A stretch of 32,000 nucleotides of DNA from an archaeon. GTDB lineage: Archaea; Iainarchaeota; Iainarchaeia; Iainarchaeales; CSSED10-239. Numbering within the stretch: position 1 is the stretch's first letter; each line of letters opens with the position of its first letter. The stretch lies in assembly GCA_041677685.1 (NCBI GenBank), contig JBAYPN010000005.1:9763-41762 (forward strand), written 5' to 3'. Of this stretch, positions 17,105 through 25,648 are shown piece by piece. The notes beneath the pieces were generated by a model. It made no database searches. It saw only the letters and a program-made list of their open reading frames with translations, and was not told the origin of the DNA. The position numbers and the translations under genes were made by a program.

Positions 17105-17171
17105 TTGAGTTTTAAAAAGAAATAATTTAGATTAAAAATAATTGAAAAAATGAGTAAGAAATAATTAGATA
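17093..17171. repeat. Imperfect ~21-bp periodic tandem repeat spanning the surface-protein stop codon and the next gene's leader
   Basis: AAAAAGAAATAATT occurs at 17093-17106 and 17114-17127. A degenerate copy lies at ~17134-17146, and AAGAAATAATT at 17156-17166. Confidence 0.7.
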
Positions 17172-17174
17172 AAT

Positions 17175-18383
17175 ATGATTGAAGGAATGGATCGCAGAAT
17201 TGTTGTTGTTGGGGGAGGCCCTGCTGGACTTTATTCTGCATATTTGGTTAAGAAGAAAAATCCAAATATTTTGGTAACTTTGTTTGAAGAACATAGTGAA
17301 ATCGGAATACCAATTTGCTGTAGTGGATTGATTGGAATTGATGGTCTTAAAAAAACAGATTTGTTAAAGTATATTATAATTAATGATTGTGTAGACAACA
17401 AGGTAAAAGGAGCAAACATCTATGGACCCTACAAATCATATTTTAAAGTTCTTTCAAAGGTTGACAAGGCATATGTCTTAGATAGAGGAAAGTTTGATAA
17501 AAAGATAAGGGACCTAGCACTCTCTGTTGGTGTTGAGATTGTTTATGACTCAAGGGTTGTTGATGTTAAAGAAAATACAGTTTTTGTAGATGATCTTAAA
17601 AAAAATTGTTCAACAGAATATAAATTTGATTTCTTGATAGGTGCAGATGGTCCAAACTCTATTGTTAGAAAAACTTGCTTTCCTGAATATAAGGATATTG
17701 AAAAGGAATTTATTATTGGTTATCAGATCTATGTTGAAGGAGAGTTTACAAAAAACAAGGTAGATCTTTATTTTAATGATTTTTCAAGAGGACTTTTTTC
17801 ATGGGTTGTTCCTGAATCTGGTAGCTCTGCAAAGATTGGTATTGGAGTGTCTTTATCTTCTGATTCTAAAAGGAAAAATAATCCTAAGGAACAATTGTAT
17901 GAGTTTATAAAAAAGAACAATATAATTTATGATAAAGAAACAAGCTTTTGTTCAGCCTTATTACCAATCTCTAAACCACTTTCAAACTTTGTAAAGGACA
18001 ATGTCATAATTATTGGGGATGCTGGTTGCTTTGTAAAAGTAACAACTGGTGGGGGAGTTAACTTTGGGTTGATGTCTGCAAAGATTGCAGCAAATGCAAT
18101 TACCAACAGAATAAAAGACTTTAAAAAATTAGAAAGTTACAACAAAGACATTAAAAGATATGTTTCTGAATTAAATTTACATTATAAGATTAGAAGGTAT
18201 ATTCTTTCAAAAAGTAACTCTGAGCTTGACGAGTTAATTCAGAAATTAAATGATATAGGTATATCTTCAATTTTGGAGAAAGAAGGAGATATTGATTATC
18301 CAAGTCTATTTATTAGAAAATTGTTCTTTAATAGAAAGTTTTTCTCACTATTTAGAGAGCTTATTAAATTTTTGAAGAGTTAA
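17175..18383 (+). CDS. Geranylgeranyl reductase family FAD-dependent oxidoreductase
   Basis: N-terminal VVVGGGPAGLYSAY dinucleotide fold, a central RGKFDK region, and IGDAGCFVKVTTGGGV (the GDAAG..P.TGGG-type motif of GGR-family flavoproteins). The ~400 aa size fits. Confidence 0.78.
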   Translation: MIEGMDRRIVVVGGGPAGLYSAYLVKKKNPNILVTLFEEHSEIGIPICCSGLIGIDGLKKTDLLKYIIINDCVDNKVKGANIYGPYKSYFKVLSKVDKAYVLDRGKFDKKIRDLALSVGVEIVYDSRVVDVKENTVFVDDLKKNCSTEYKFDFLIGADGPNSIVRKTCFPEYKDIEKEFIIGYQIYVEGEFTKNKVDLYFNDFSRGLFSWVVPESGSSAKIGIGVSLSSDSKRKNNPKEQLYEFIKKNNIIYDKETSFCSALLPISKPLSNFVKDNVIIIGDAGCFVKVTTGGGVNFGLMSAKIAANAITNRIKDFKKLESYNKDIKRYVSELNLHYKIRRYILSKSNSELDELIQKLNDIGISSILEKEGDIDYPSLFIRKLFFNRKFFSLFRELIKFLKS

Positions 18384-18454
18384 AGTCTTCAACTTTCTCA
18401 TTCTATGCAAACATATTTAGAGAGTTTATTAAATTTTTGAAAAGTCAAGATCTT
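18350..18454. repeat. ~40-bp imperfect direct repeat: the last codons plus stop of the GGR-family gene, duplicated 65 bp downstream
   Basis: 18350-18389 ATTTAGAGAGCTTATTAAATTTTTGAAGAGTTAAAGTCTT versus 18415-18454 ATTTAGAGAGTTTATTAAATTTTTGAAAAGTCAAGATCTT. The first 30 nt differ at 2 positions. Confidence 0.85.
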
Positions 18455-18494
18455 TAAAATTTGTATTTGGGTTTAAATTTTTAAATTAGAAACT

Positions 18495-19085
18495 CTACTC
18501 TATGATAATCTTCTTTTCAACATCTTTCCAAGAACTTGCTTTTTTGATAAACTTGTTGGTCTTAGAATATCTATTCCAATTGTAGGTGTTTCTATAGTTG
18601 AAAAGAATACAATTTATTTGTTCTTTAGAGCATGCAAGAACTGTTTCTAGAGAATCATCAACTATTAATTTTATATTTAGTCTTTTACAAATTTCGTGTT
18701 TTTCATCTCTTTTAAGGTCTTTATAATCTAAGTGAATAATTCTTTTAAAAAAGTTTTTTCCAAAATGATTCTCAATTAATGTCTTTGTACTTTTTACCAT
18801 CCTCTTGTTTCTTGCAGTAATTATATAGAGTTCGTTATTTTTTTTAAGTTCTTTAATTATCTCTATGGAGTTAGGGTAGGGTTTCATAAGATTATGGTAG
18901 TCTGTGTTTGTAAATGCAGTCCATCTTTCAAGGAAGATTTCAAAATCTAAATTAAATAATTTGTGTGCATGTAGATTTTTACAATCTTTGAATTTTTTAG
19001 AAGTCTTATATTTATGATTGTGATATTTAATAAATTTTTTAACTGTTGGAAAAATAGTATCATCAATATCTATTGCTATTCTCAT
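18495..19085 (-). CDS. HAD-superfamily hydrolase (5'(3')-nucleotidase-like)
   Basis: N-terminal MRIAIDIDDTIFP (DxDxT nucleophile motif), a later ITAR (motif II-like), and VDDS near the C-terminus. Substrate is not inferable. Confidence 0.65.
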   Translation of the reverse strand: MRIAIDIDDTIFPTVKKFIKYHNHKYKTSKKFKDCKNLHAHKLFNLDFEIFLERWTAFTNTDYHNLMKPYPNSIEIIKELKKNNELYIITARNKRMVKSTKTLIENHFGKNFFKRIIHLDYKDLKRDEKHEICKRLNIKLIVDDSLETVLACSKEQINCILFNYRNTYNWNRYSKTNKFIKKASSWKDVEKKIIIE

Positions 19086-19102
19086 ATATTCTCAAATTTT
19101 AA

Positions 19103-19175
19103 TAGCCCGAAGGAGATTCGAACTCCTGTCATAAGACCCAGAATCTTATATGCTTGGCCTCTACACCATCGGGCT
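19103..19175 (-). tRNA. tRNA-Gln (anticodon CUG)
   Basis: Reverse complement is AGCCCGATGGTGTAGAGGCCAAGCATATAAGATTCTGGGTCTTATGACAGGAGTTCGAATCTCCTTCGGGCT+A. Hand fold: acceptor AGCCCGA/TCGGGCT; anticodon stem TAAGA/TCTTA with loop TTCTGGG (CTG at 34-36); T arm AGGAG-TTCGAAT-CTCCT. No encoded CCA. Confidence 0.92.
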
Positions 19176-19202
19176 CTTTTTTTTCTAAAAAAGAAGTTTA
19201 AG

Positions 19203-20342
19203 TTATAATTTCCACATCTCTTTTGCAAGCTTACCTGTATATTTATATCTCTCAATTAGTTTTTTATTTTTTACCTTATTCTGTTTATGATTTTCTAAAA
19301 AAATATTTAGTTTTTCAATAAGTATTTTTTTAATTTCACCAGAAGTCATATCTCCAGATTTATATTTATTGTATATTTCTTTAATCTTAATATCATCTTC
19401 TTCAAGCAAAATGTATAACCAGTTATAGGCAACATCAATTTCAGGGACTCCCCCTAACTTTCTGTGTTCTTCAAGAGTTGGTCTTCCTCCCGAAAAAGCA
19501 TATTTGTTAACTTTACTTTTAACAAGCTCAGGAGTGTCAGTCAGATAGATTGCTGTTTTGTTATCAGAGGAGGACATTTTTCCATCCATTCCTTGAAGTG
19601 GTGGTAGTAATTTGTTATGTATTGCTGTGACTTTCTTGAACCCAAGCTTTTCAGCAACATCCCTTTGGATTCTCCAGTAGGGGTCTTGGTCAATACCTGC
19701 TGGAATTAAGCAAAATTTATTTCTTTCAAAGGCAGTTGGTGCATTTTGGATGTTTGGGTAGAACATATGCCCTAAGTTAGTTTCATTTGTAAAACCAAAG
19801 ATTGCTTTTGCATTTGAAAGATTTGTTTTTTTTGCAAACTGTAATGCAAATTTGTAAAGATGTTTAATATATTCTGTATCTTTAAAGATAAAGGTTTTAT
19901 CTGGATCAAAGCCAATTGCTGCAATCTCCTCTATGTCCTTATCTGATTGTTTGTCTATTTGTTCTAAGGTTAGATTTTTTTTAACACTAAACTTCTCATC
20001 ATCTGATATCATAATGTAGACATTACAACCAAATTCATCCTGTAACCATTTAGAAGTTAGAAAAGAAATTAGGTGACCTAGGTGCATTTCTCCTGAGGGA
20101 CCTCTGCCTGTGTAGACATAGAAATTATTATTGTCTATATTTTCTAAAACCTTGTCAAAGTCTCTGTGAGAATAGATAAAGTTTCTTTTAAAGAAAGGAT
20201 GTAATTTTTTAGATTTGGTTTTAAGTCTAAGTCTTTCTTTAAGATCTTTTGTAAGGTGGCTTGTTCCAAACTCCTTAATTAGTTTTTCATAATCAATAGT
20301 TCCTGAAACTTCCCAAGCAGTAACCTTGTAGTCAGCACACAT
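19203..20342 (-). CDS. trpS: Tryptophan--tRNA ligase (archaeal/eukaryotic type)
   Basis: GRGPSGEMHLGHLISF (HIGH region), AGIDQDPYWRIQRDVAEKLG, and GKMSSSD (KMSKS equivalent). Confidence 0.92.
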   Translation of the reverse strand: MCADYKVTAWEVSGTIDYEKLIKEFGTSHLTKDLKERLRLKTKSKKLHPFFKRNFIYSHRDFDKVLENIDNNNFYVYTGRGPSGEMHLGHLISFLTSKWLQDEFGCNVYIMISDDEKFSVKKNLTLEQIDKQSDKDIEEIAAIGFDPDKTFIFKDTEYIKHLYKFALQFAKKTNLSNAKAIFGFTNETNLGHMFYPNIQNAPTAFERNKFCLIPAGIDQDPYWRIQRDVAEKLGFKKVTAIHNKLLPPLQGMDGKMSSSDNKTAIYLTDTPELVKSKVNKYAFSGGRPTLEEHRKLGGVPEIDVAYNWLYILLEEDDIKIKEIYNKYKSGDMTSGEIKKILIEKLNIFLENHKQNKVKNKKLIERYKYTGKLAKEMWKL

Positions 20343-20601
20343 AATGTCTTTCCTTGTATTTTTAATTTTTAAATTTTATTTTTATTGTATATATTATAGT
20401 TTAAAAACTTTAAAAAAGGAATTGTTTTTGTAAAAAGATAATGTTTTTAGATAAAAAGGAATTTAATAATTTTAAAAGTGTTAATTTAAAATTTAACTTA
20501 TTAATTGTGGTTAGTTTTTTTGTAATCAAAAAGATTTTAAAGTCTTTGACATAATTAATATATATGGTGTTATAAAAAACGCCTAAAGACTTTTCAGTTT
20601 T

Positions 20602-20907
20602 ATGGGGGATAAGAAGATGGATGAAGACAAAAAAGAGATGGACCAGAATACTATTTTTATAGGTAAGAAAAATACCATGTCTTATGTTTTAGCAGTTATT
20701 ACTCAATTTAATCAGAACGCAGATATGGTAACCATTAAGGCAAGAGGAAAAACCATTTCTAAAGCTGTTGATGTTTCTGAAATTGTAAAAAATAAATTTG
20801 TAAATTCTTTAAAAGTTGAAAAAATTATTATTTCTACAGAAGAAATAATTACAGAGAATAATACTCCGATGAAGGTGTCAGCTATTGAGATTGTGTTATC
20901 TAAATAG
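20602..20907 (+). CDS. albA: DNA/RNA-binding protein Alba (Sac10b family)
   Basis: IFIGKKNTMSYVLAVITQF....VTIKARGKTISKAVDVSEIVKNKF is the Alba core. The start could instead be the in-frame ATG at 20617. Confidence 0.88.
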   Translation: MGDKKMDEDKKEMDQNTIFIGKKNTMSYVLAVITQFNQNADMVTIKARGKTISKAVDVSEIVKNKFVNSLKVEKIIISTEEIITENNTPMKVSAIEIVLSK

Positions 20908-20960
20908 TTGTTATTATAATTTTTTAATCTTATCAATGTTTATAAAAAAAAGGTGGTTTT

Positions 20961-21158
20961 ATGAAGAAAAGAAATACAGTGGATTGGATAGCTCTGATTC
21001 TTTTAATTATTGGAGGTCTTAATTGGTTACTAGTTGGTGCACTTAAGTTTGATTTAGTTCAATCAATTTTAGGCTCTATTCCAGTATTAAGAGATATTGT
21101 GTATATCCTGGTTGGGTTGTCCGCAATATGGGCTATAGTAAGAATTGAAAAGATCTAA
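20961..21158 (+). CDS. DUF378-family small membrane protein
   Basis: DWIALILLIIGGLNWLLVGALKFDLVQSILG....IVYILVGLSAIW matches the two-TM DUF378 pattern. AGGTGG SD is present. Confidence 0.8.
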   Translation: MKKRNTVDWIALILLIIGGLNWLLVGALKFDLVQSILGSIPVLRDIVYILVGLSAIWAIVRIEKI

Positions 21159-21190
21159 AATTGATCTTTTTTTTTCTTTTTTCTTTTTTC
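21148..21190 (+). terminator. Hairpin plus long T-run (intrinsic-terminator-like) after the DUF378 gene
   Basis: AAAAGATC (21148-21155) / GATCTTTT (21163-21170) form an 8-bp stem with a 7-nt loop containing the stop codon. TTTTTTCTTTTTTCTTTTTT follows. Confidence 0.5.
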
Positions 21191-21239
21191 AAGAAACTTA
21201 ATTTTAAGTCAAATAAATCTGATTTTAAAGTAAAGAAAT

Positions 21240-22694
21240 CTAATTTGTGATCAATTTTGGGATTGGTAAATTAATTTTTATAAAGTAACTGTTGACCTTG
21301 TTTACAAACCCTATGCTCTTTGTTGAGATCTTTTCTGTCTGCTCAATCAATCTACAATTGTCAGTATTAATCTTATTGATTGTCTCAAGCTTAATTGACT
21401 TAATAGCTTTCTCAATTTCAGGATCATAAAATTTTGTGTTTCTATGTAACATAAACTTTGGGATCTCTTCTAAAAGGTCAGTTAATAATTTATATTGGGT
21501 AATGTAGATTATAAAGTTAGTATTATTTTCAAGTTCTAAGGAATTAATATTTTTTGAATAGTTTGCATATGTGCTTAGATTTATTGAAGTCTCAATTTGA
21601 TTAAGCTTATTTTTAATAAAATGAATTAACTTAGAAACAAAAGATTCCTTTTTCTCACAAAACCAAGAGATATTATTATTATTGTAAGTTAAGGTAATCT
21701 CTTTTTCTTCAAGTAGTCTTACAGCATCAAACAACAAGATCTGTTCTTTCTGGTTTTTAAAAAAAGGACCAACAGGGTACTCTCTAAGACCATTTGTTTT
21801 CTTGTAATTATCCCTATTTTCTTTACAACTATTATTCTTATGATAATTTCTACTCCACTCTTTATTTTTAGACAGAAAGTATGTACCATTATTTAGAAAC
21901 ATAACTTCAACTAAAGATGAGGAAAGTGTGTTTGTTGAGAACAGTTCCTTTGGTTTACAGCAATTACAATTTATGGTTTCATAAGAGATGTTATAAAAAT
22001 CATCTTGTAGAAGATAGGCCCAAATATTAGAAAAATCCATATTAATTGTGTTCTTTATAAGTTCATTTTTTTTAGAAAAATCAATTGTGGACTTGTTTTT
22101 TAAGACTAATCTATTTTCAAAGAAATTATTTTCAAAAAGGATGTTTAAGATCTCATCATTCTTAATATTATATTCAGGTTTTACTTTTAAAAGATTAGAA
22201 AGCATAAGCCTTCTTGTTATGGTTGGTGTTATTTTCTTTTTTGAGAAGTCATCAATGTTTGTTAAGTATTCTTTAATAGCTTTATTTGTTACATCATAGT
22301 CTCTAATCTTATTAATCTTATTCCTATTTACTTGAACAAAGACATCATAATAACTCCAATTCCTTTTAATTAAAAATTGTCTTTCAGGTTCAATTAGAAG
22401 AATGTTTTTAGAAGTTGCAAGACTTAATATCTTTGCACATTGTTGTAAGATCTTATAGTTTTTGGAAGTTATCTTACAAAGGTTTTCTTTAATCTTTTCA
22501 ATATTAATTTTCTTTCTAAAATCAGAGAGGATCTTTTGTAGAAAGTCCTTAGGCAGATCAATATTAATTTCTGGAAAGAACTTCTCCTTCTCTACATACT
22601 CTGACTTAGTTGAGAAAGGATTTTTAGAAAAATATAAAATAATTCTGTTTCTTTCATTTTCATAAACTGTATTAGTTAAATATAAGTTGTCCAT
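21240..22694 (-). CDS. Hypothetical protein, 484 aa, no confident family assignment
   Basis: Long uninterrupted ORF with composition like neighbouring genes. No TM or signal peptide. Only weak, positionally ordered resemblance to the family-B DNA polymerase N-terminal/exonuclease region (see findings). Confidence 0.6.
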   Translation of the reverse strand: MDNLYLTNTVYENERNRIILYFSKNPFSTKSEYVEKEKFFPEINIDLPKDFLQKILSDFRKKINIEKIKENLCKITSKNYKILQQCAKILSLATSKNILLIEPERQFLIKRNWSYYDVFVQVNRNKINKIRDYDVTNKAIKEYLTNIDDFSKKKITPTITRRLMLSNLLKVKPEYNIKNDEILNILFENNFFENRLVLKNKSTIDFSKKNELIKNTINMDFSNIWAYLLQDDFYNISYETINCNCCKPKELFSTNTLSSSLVEVMFLNNGTYFLSKNKEWSRNYHKNNSCKENRDNYKKTNGLREYPVGPFFKNQKEQILLFDAVRLLEEKEITLTYNNNNISWFCEKKESFVSKLIHFIKNKLNQIETSINLSTYANYSKNINSLELENNTNFIIYITQYKLLTDLLEEIPKFMLHRNTKFYDPEIEKAIKSIKLETINKINTDNCRLIEQTEKISTKSIGFVNKVNSYFIKINLPIPKLITN

Positions 22695-22877
22695 AATCTA
22701 TTCATCCTATTTTTCACATATTATTTTATTAAAAGGCAATAATATATGGTTTTCAAAACAAGGGTTCTTTTCTAAGGGGGGTAGTTTGCCGAGAAAGATA
22801 ACTTATTTAAAACAATTCCTATATATTTTTAATATATCAAATAAAATTAGGCAAACAATTACAGAAATCAGAAAATT

Positions 22878-24344
22878 ATGCTCAAAAAGATTTTACAAAA
22901 AATAAAAAAAAATAAAATAAATTTATTGTTGATGTTAATATTCTTACTTACAATTACTTATGCGATGATAAACTACCTACCATATTGGGATGAAGCAGTC
23001 TACACAAATAATGGCAAATTTTTATTCTCAGCACAGGAAATTTCTACTTATGAATATCAAAGACCACCTATAATGGGTATTTTAATTGGTCTCTTTTGGT
23101 TTATTGGTATAAATGAAGTTATATTTACAAAAATAATTTTAAGTATAATTTTTATATTAGGTTTATTTTACCTTTATAGAATTGCTGAAGATATAAAAAA
23201 AGGAACAGGAATAATTACCACACTCCTATTTGCATCTATACTTCCAATAATTGCTTTTAGTAATAGGCTTTTAACAGAGATCCCAGGAACCTCTTTGTCA
23301 ATAATAGCATATTATTTATTTACTAAGAGAAAATATTTTCAATCAGGATTTATTTTTTCTCTTGCCTTTTTATTTAGGTTCCCTGCAGGACTTGTTTTTG
23401 GAGTTGTTGGAGTATTTTTAGTAATTGAACTCTTAAAAGAAAGAAACTTAAAAAAAATAAAAAACATTCTAAGTTATGGGCTTGGATTTTGTTTGTTGGT
23501 GGTTCCTTTTATAATCATCAATTATCTTTTTTTACCAAATATAACCTCAAACTTTTTTTCAAAAATAATAGCTCCATTTACACATGCTTCTCAAATGGTT
23601 GCTGCAAATGCACAAGATCTTGTAACTAATGGTTTTATTTATTATTTAAAATTTCTTCTTTTACAAAATTTTCTATTATTGTTTACAATTTTGTTTATAG
23701 TAATGGTTGTATTGTTTAAGAAAATAAGAAAGGACTTTTTAAAAAAAAATCTATTAATCCCCTTTACAATAGCTATAAGTTATTTAATATATTTATCTAG
23801 CCTTGTGCACTATGAACCAAGATACTTCTTTAGTGCACTTCCTTTCTTTGCTATAATCTCTGGGGTTGGGGCAACTGAGTTTATTGAAAAAATAAATTTT
23901 AAAAAAGCAATTATGATACTTGAGATTATATTTTTAATAGTTTTAATATTTAATTATTCAATTTCAATAAATCTACAGATAAGTAACAATAAACAAACTG
24001 ATCTTGAAGCAATTGATAATTACTACCAGTATATTTTAAAAACAGATCCTGACTTTGAAGGTCTAGTAGCAATTGACAATCCAGTGTTTGGTATTTATAA
24101 TGAAAAAAGCAAAATTGTTTATTTAGCAGGACCATTCTATGCACAGGCTGTGGTTTTAGAAAACCAACCTATAAAGTATATACTCTATGAAGAAAGGAAT
24201 TTTGTGTGTTGGAGAGAAGGAGACAAAGAGTGTGTTAAAAAACTAGATCTTTTCTTATCCTTACTTAAAGAAGAATATACTCTTGTTTATACAGAAGATT
24301 TTTATGGAACTAAACATTATATCTATAAATTAAATTACTTATGA
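22878..24344 (+). CDS. GT-C fold glycosyltransferase (family 39/83, ArnT/PMT-like), polytopic membrane protein
   Basis: About 11-13 hydrophobic segments. An acidic DE motif sits in the first external loop (LPYWDEAVYTNNGKF). A ~120-aa soluble C-terminal domain follows. There is no WWDYG motif, so it is not AglB/STT3. Confidence 0.72.
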   Translation: MLKKILQKIKKNKINLLLMLIFLLTITYAMINYLPYWDEAVYTNNGKFLFSAQEISTYEYQRPPIMGILIGLFWFIGINEVIFTKIILSIIFILGLFYLYRIAEDIKKGTGIITTLLFASILPIIAFSNRLLTEIPGTSLSIIAYYLFTKRKYFQSGFIFSLAFLFRFPAGLVFGVVGVFLVIELLKERNLKKIKNILSYGLGFCLLVVPFIIINYLFLPNITSNFFSKIIAPFTHASQMVAANAQDLVTNGFIYYLKFLLLQNFLLLFTILFIVMVVLFKKIRKDFLKKNLLIPFTIAISYLIYLSSLVHYEPRYFFSALPFFAIISGVGATEFIEKINFKKAIMILEIIFLIVLIFNYSISINLQISNNKQTDLEAIDNYYQYILKTDPDFEGLVAIDNPVFGIYNEKSKIVYLAGPFYAQAVVLENQPIKYILYEERNFVCWREGDKECVKKLDLFLSLLKEEYTLVYTEDFYGTKHYIYKLNYL

Positions 24345-24389
24345 AATTGATGAAAAAGACATTAATTATAAATTAAATTACAAAATAAA

Positions 24390-25130
24390 TCAACTATAGA
24401 TTGAATATTTTTTAATATTCCATTTGGTTAAAAGAAACTTACAAAGTTCTCTAAAAATAGAAAGACCATAAACAATTGATGCCTTTAAGTCTATGGAAGA
24501 GGCTTCTTTAAAATATCTTGTTTCAACTGCAACTTCCTTAATCTTATATTTCTTAATAATCATTTGTATAATTATCTGAGTATCAAAAACAAAATTATCT
24601 GAATTTTTATAAATTGAAATATTTTCTAAAACATTTCTTGAAAAAGATCTATAGCCTGTGTGAAATTCACTTAGAGAGGTCCTTAATATTAGATTTTCAA
24701 AAAAAGTTAAAACCCTATTTCCAACATATTTATAGTAAGGCATTCCACCCTTTAAAGGGTCTTTTTTATTTAAAAATCTAGAAGCAAAAACAGAATCTAC
24801 CTTTCCTTTAGCAATAGGAATAATCATATTATTTAGGATCTTAGGATCATACTGGTAATCAGGATGGATCATAACAACAATGTCTGCACCTCTTTTTAGA
24901 GCTTCTTTATAACAGGTTTTTTGGTTAGCCCCATAGCCCTTATTTTTTTTGTGCCTAATAGTAATTAGCCCTAGTTTTTTAGAAAGAGAGACGGTATTGT
25001 CTGTTGAGAAATCATCAACAAGTATAATTTCATCAACATACTCTTTAGGTATACTAGTAATTGTTTTTTCTAAAGTTGACTCTGCATTATATGCTGGCAG
25101 AACAATTATCACTTTTTTATTATTATACAT
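24390..25130 (-). CDS. GT2 glycosyltransferase, polyprenyl-phosphate sugar synthase type (Dpm1/GtrB/ArnC-like)
   Basis: VIIVLPAYNAESTLEKTI...DEIILVDDFSTDNT, plus HPDYQYDP. Soluble, ~245 aa, typical of Dol-P-Man/Glc synthase-like enzymes. Confidence 0.88.
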   Translation of the reverse strand: MYNNKKVIIVLPAYNAESTLEKTITSIPKEYVDEIILVDDFSTDNTVSLSKKLGLITIRHKKNKGYGANQKTCYKEALKRGADIVVMIHPDYQYDPKILNNMIIPIAKGKVDSVFASRFLNKKDPLKGGMPYYKYVGNRVLTFFENLILRTSLSEFHTGYRSFSRNVLENISIYKNSDNFVFDTQIIIQMIIKKYKIKEVAVETRYFKEASSIDLKASIVYGLSIFRELCKFLLTKWNIKKYSIYS

Positions 25131-25210
25131 TAAAAATCAATCTTTATAAATATTTATGTTAATAGATAAATATTAGTTTCAAAATATATATAAAACAAAC
25201 TGATTTACAT

Positions 25211-25648
25211 ATGGGTAAAAATTATTTAGACAGAGTATTTGATTTTTTAGAAACTAAAAATAAAAATTTTAGAAATTTAAGAAAATTTGGAAAGTATTCT
25301 TTTTTTTCTGTAGTTGCAACTATTACAGATATTATTATATTATTTATATTAACAGAATTTATTGGCATATATTATCTATTGTCTGTAAAAATATCTTATG
25401 TTGGTGGAATGTTAGTTGCATTTTTTGGAAACAAGAAATACACTTTTGATAAGAACAAGAAGAAGAACCTGCATAAGTTTATTGATTTTGTAATAATCTC
25501 TGTAATTGACTTAATGCTTAATATAATACTTATTAAGATATTAACAGAATACTTTAGTGTGTGGTATATCTTTTCAAAAATAATTGTTGTTTTTATTATA
25601 TTTATTGCAAAATATTATACACATAAAAAAATTGCATTTAATAATTAA
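25211..25648 (+). CDS. GtrA-family membrane protein (putative polyprenyl-P-sugar translocation component)
   Basis: ~145 aa with four TM segments. The N-terminal FGKYSFFSVVATITDIIILFILTE pattern is typical of the GtrA family. It is divergent from the GT2 gene. Confidence 0.78.
   Translation: MGKNYLDRVFDFLETKNKNFRNLRKFGKYSFFSVVATITDIIILFILTEFIGIYYLLSVKISYVGGMLVAFFGNKKYTFDKNKKKNLHKFIDFVIISVIDLMLNIILIKILTEYFSVWYIFSKIIVVFIIFIAKYYTHKKIAFNN

Noticed and set aside
19014-19208. 64-aa plus-strand ORF.
   Set aside because: It overlaps the HAD gene start and reads through the tRNA-Gln(CUG) gene, so it is an artefact.
20539-20593. 9-bp inverted repeat AAAGTCTTT (20539-20547) / AAAGACTTT (20585-20593) bracketing the A/T-rich Alba promoter region.
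   Set aside because: A 9-mer of this composition is expected by chance several times in an AT-rich 32-kb window. Without conservation data it is not convincing as an operator.
22687-22905. 72-aa ORF in the divergent intergenic region between the orphan gene and the GT-C gene.
   Set aside because: It has no SD and a low-complexity translation, and it overlaps the starts of both real neighbours. The region is more plausibly a pair of divergent promoters. A small G-rich patch (AAGGGGGGTAGTTTGCCGAG, ~22773-22792) was noted, but I cannot assign it a function.
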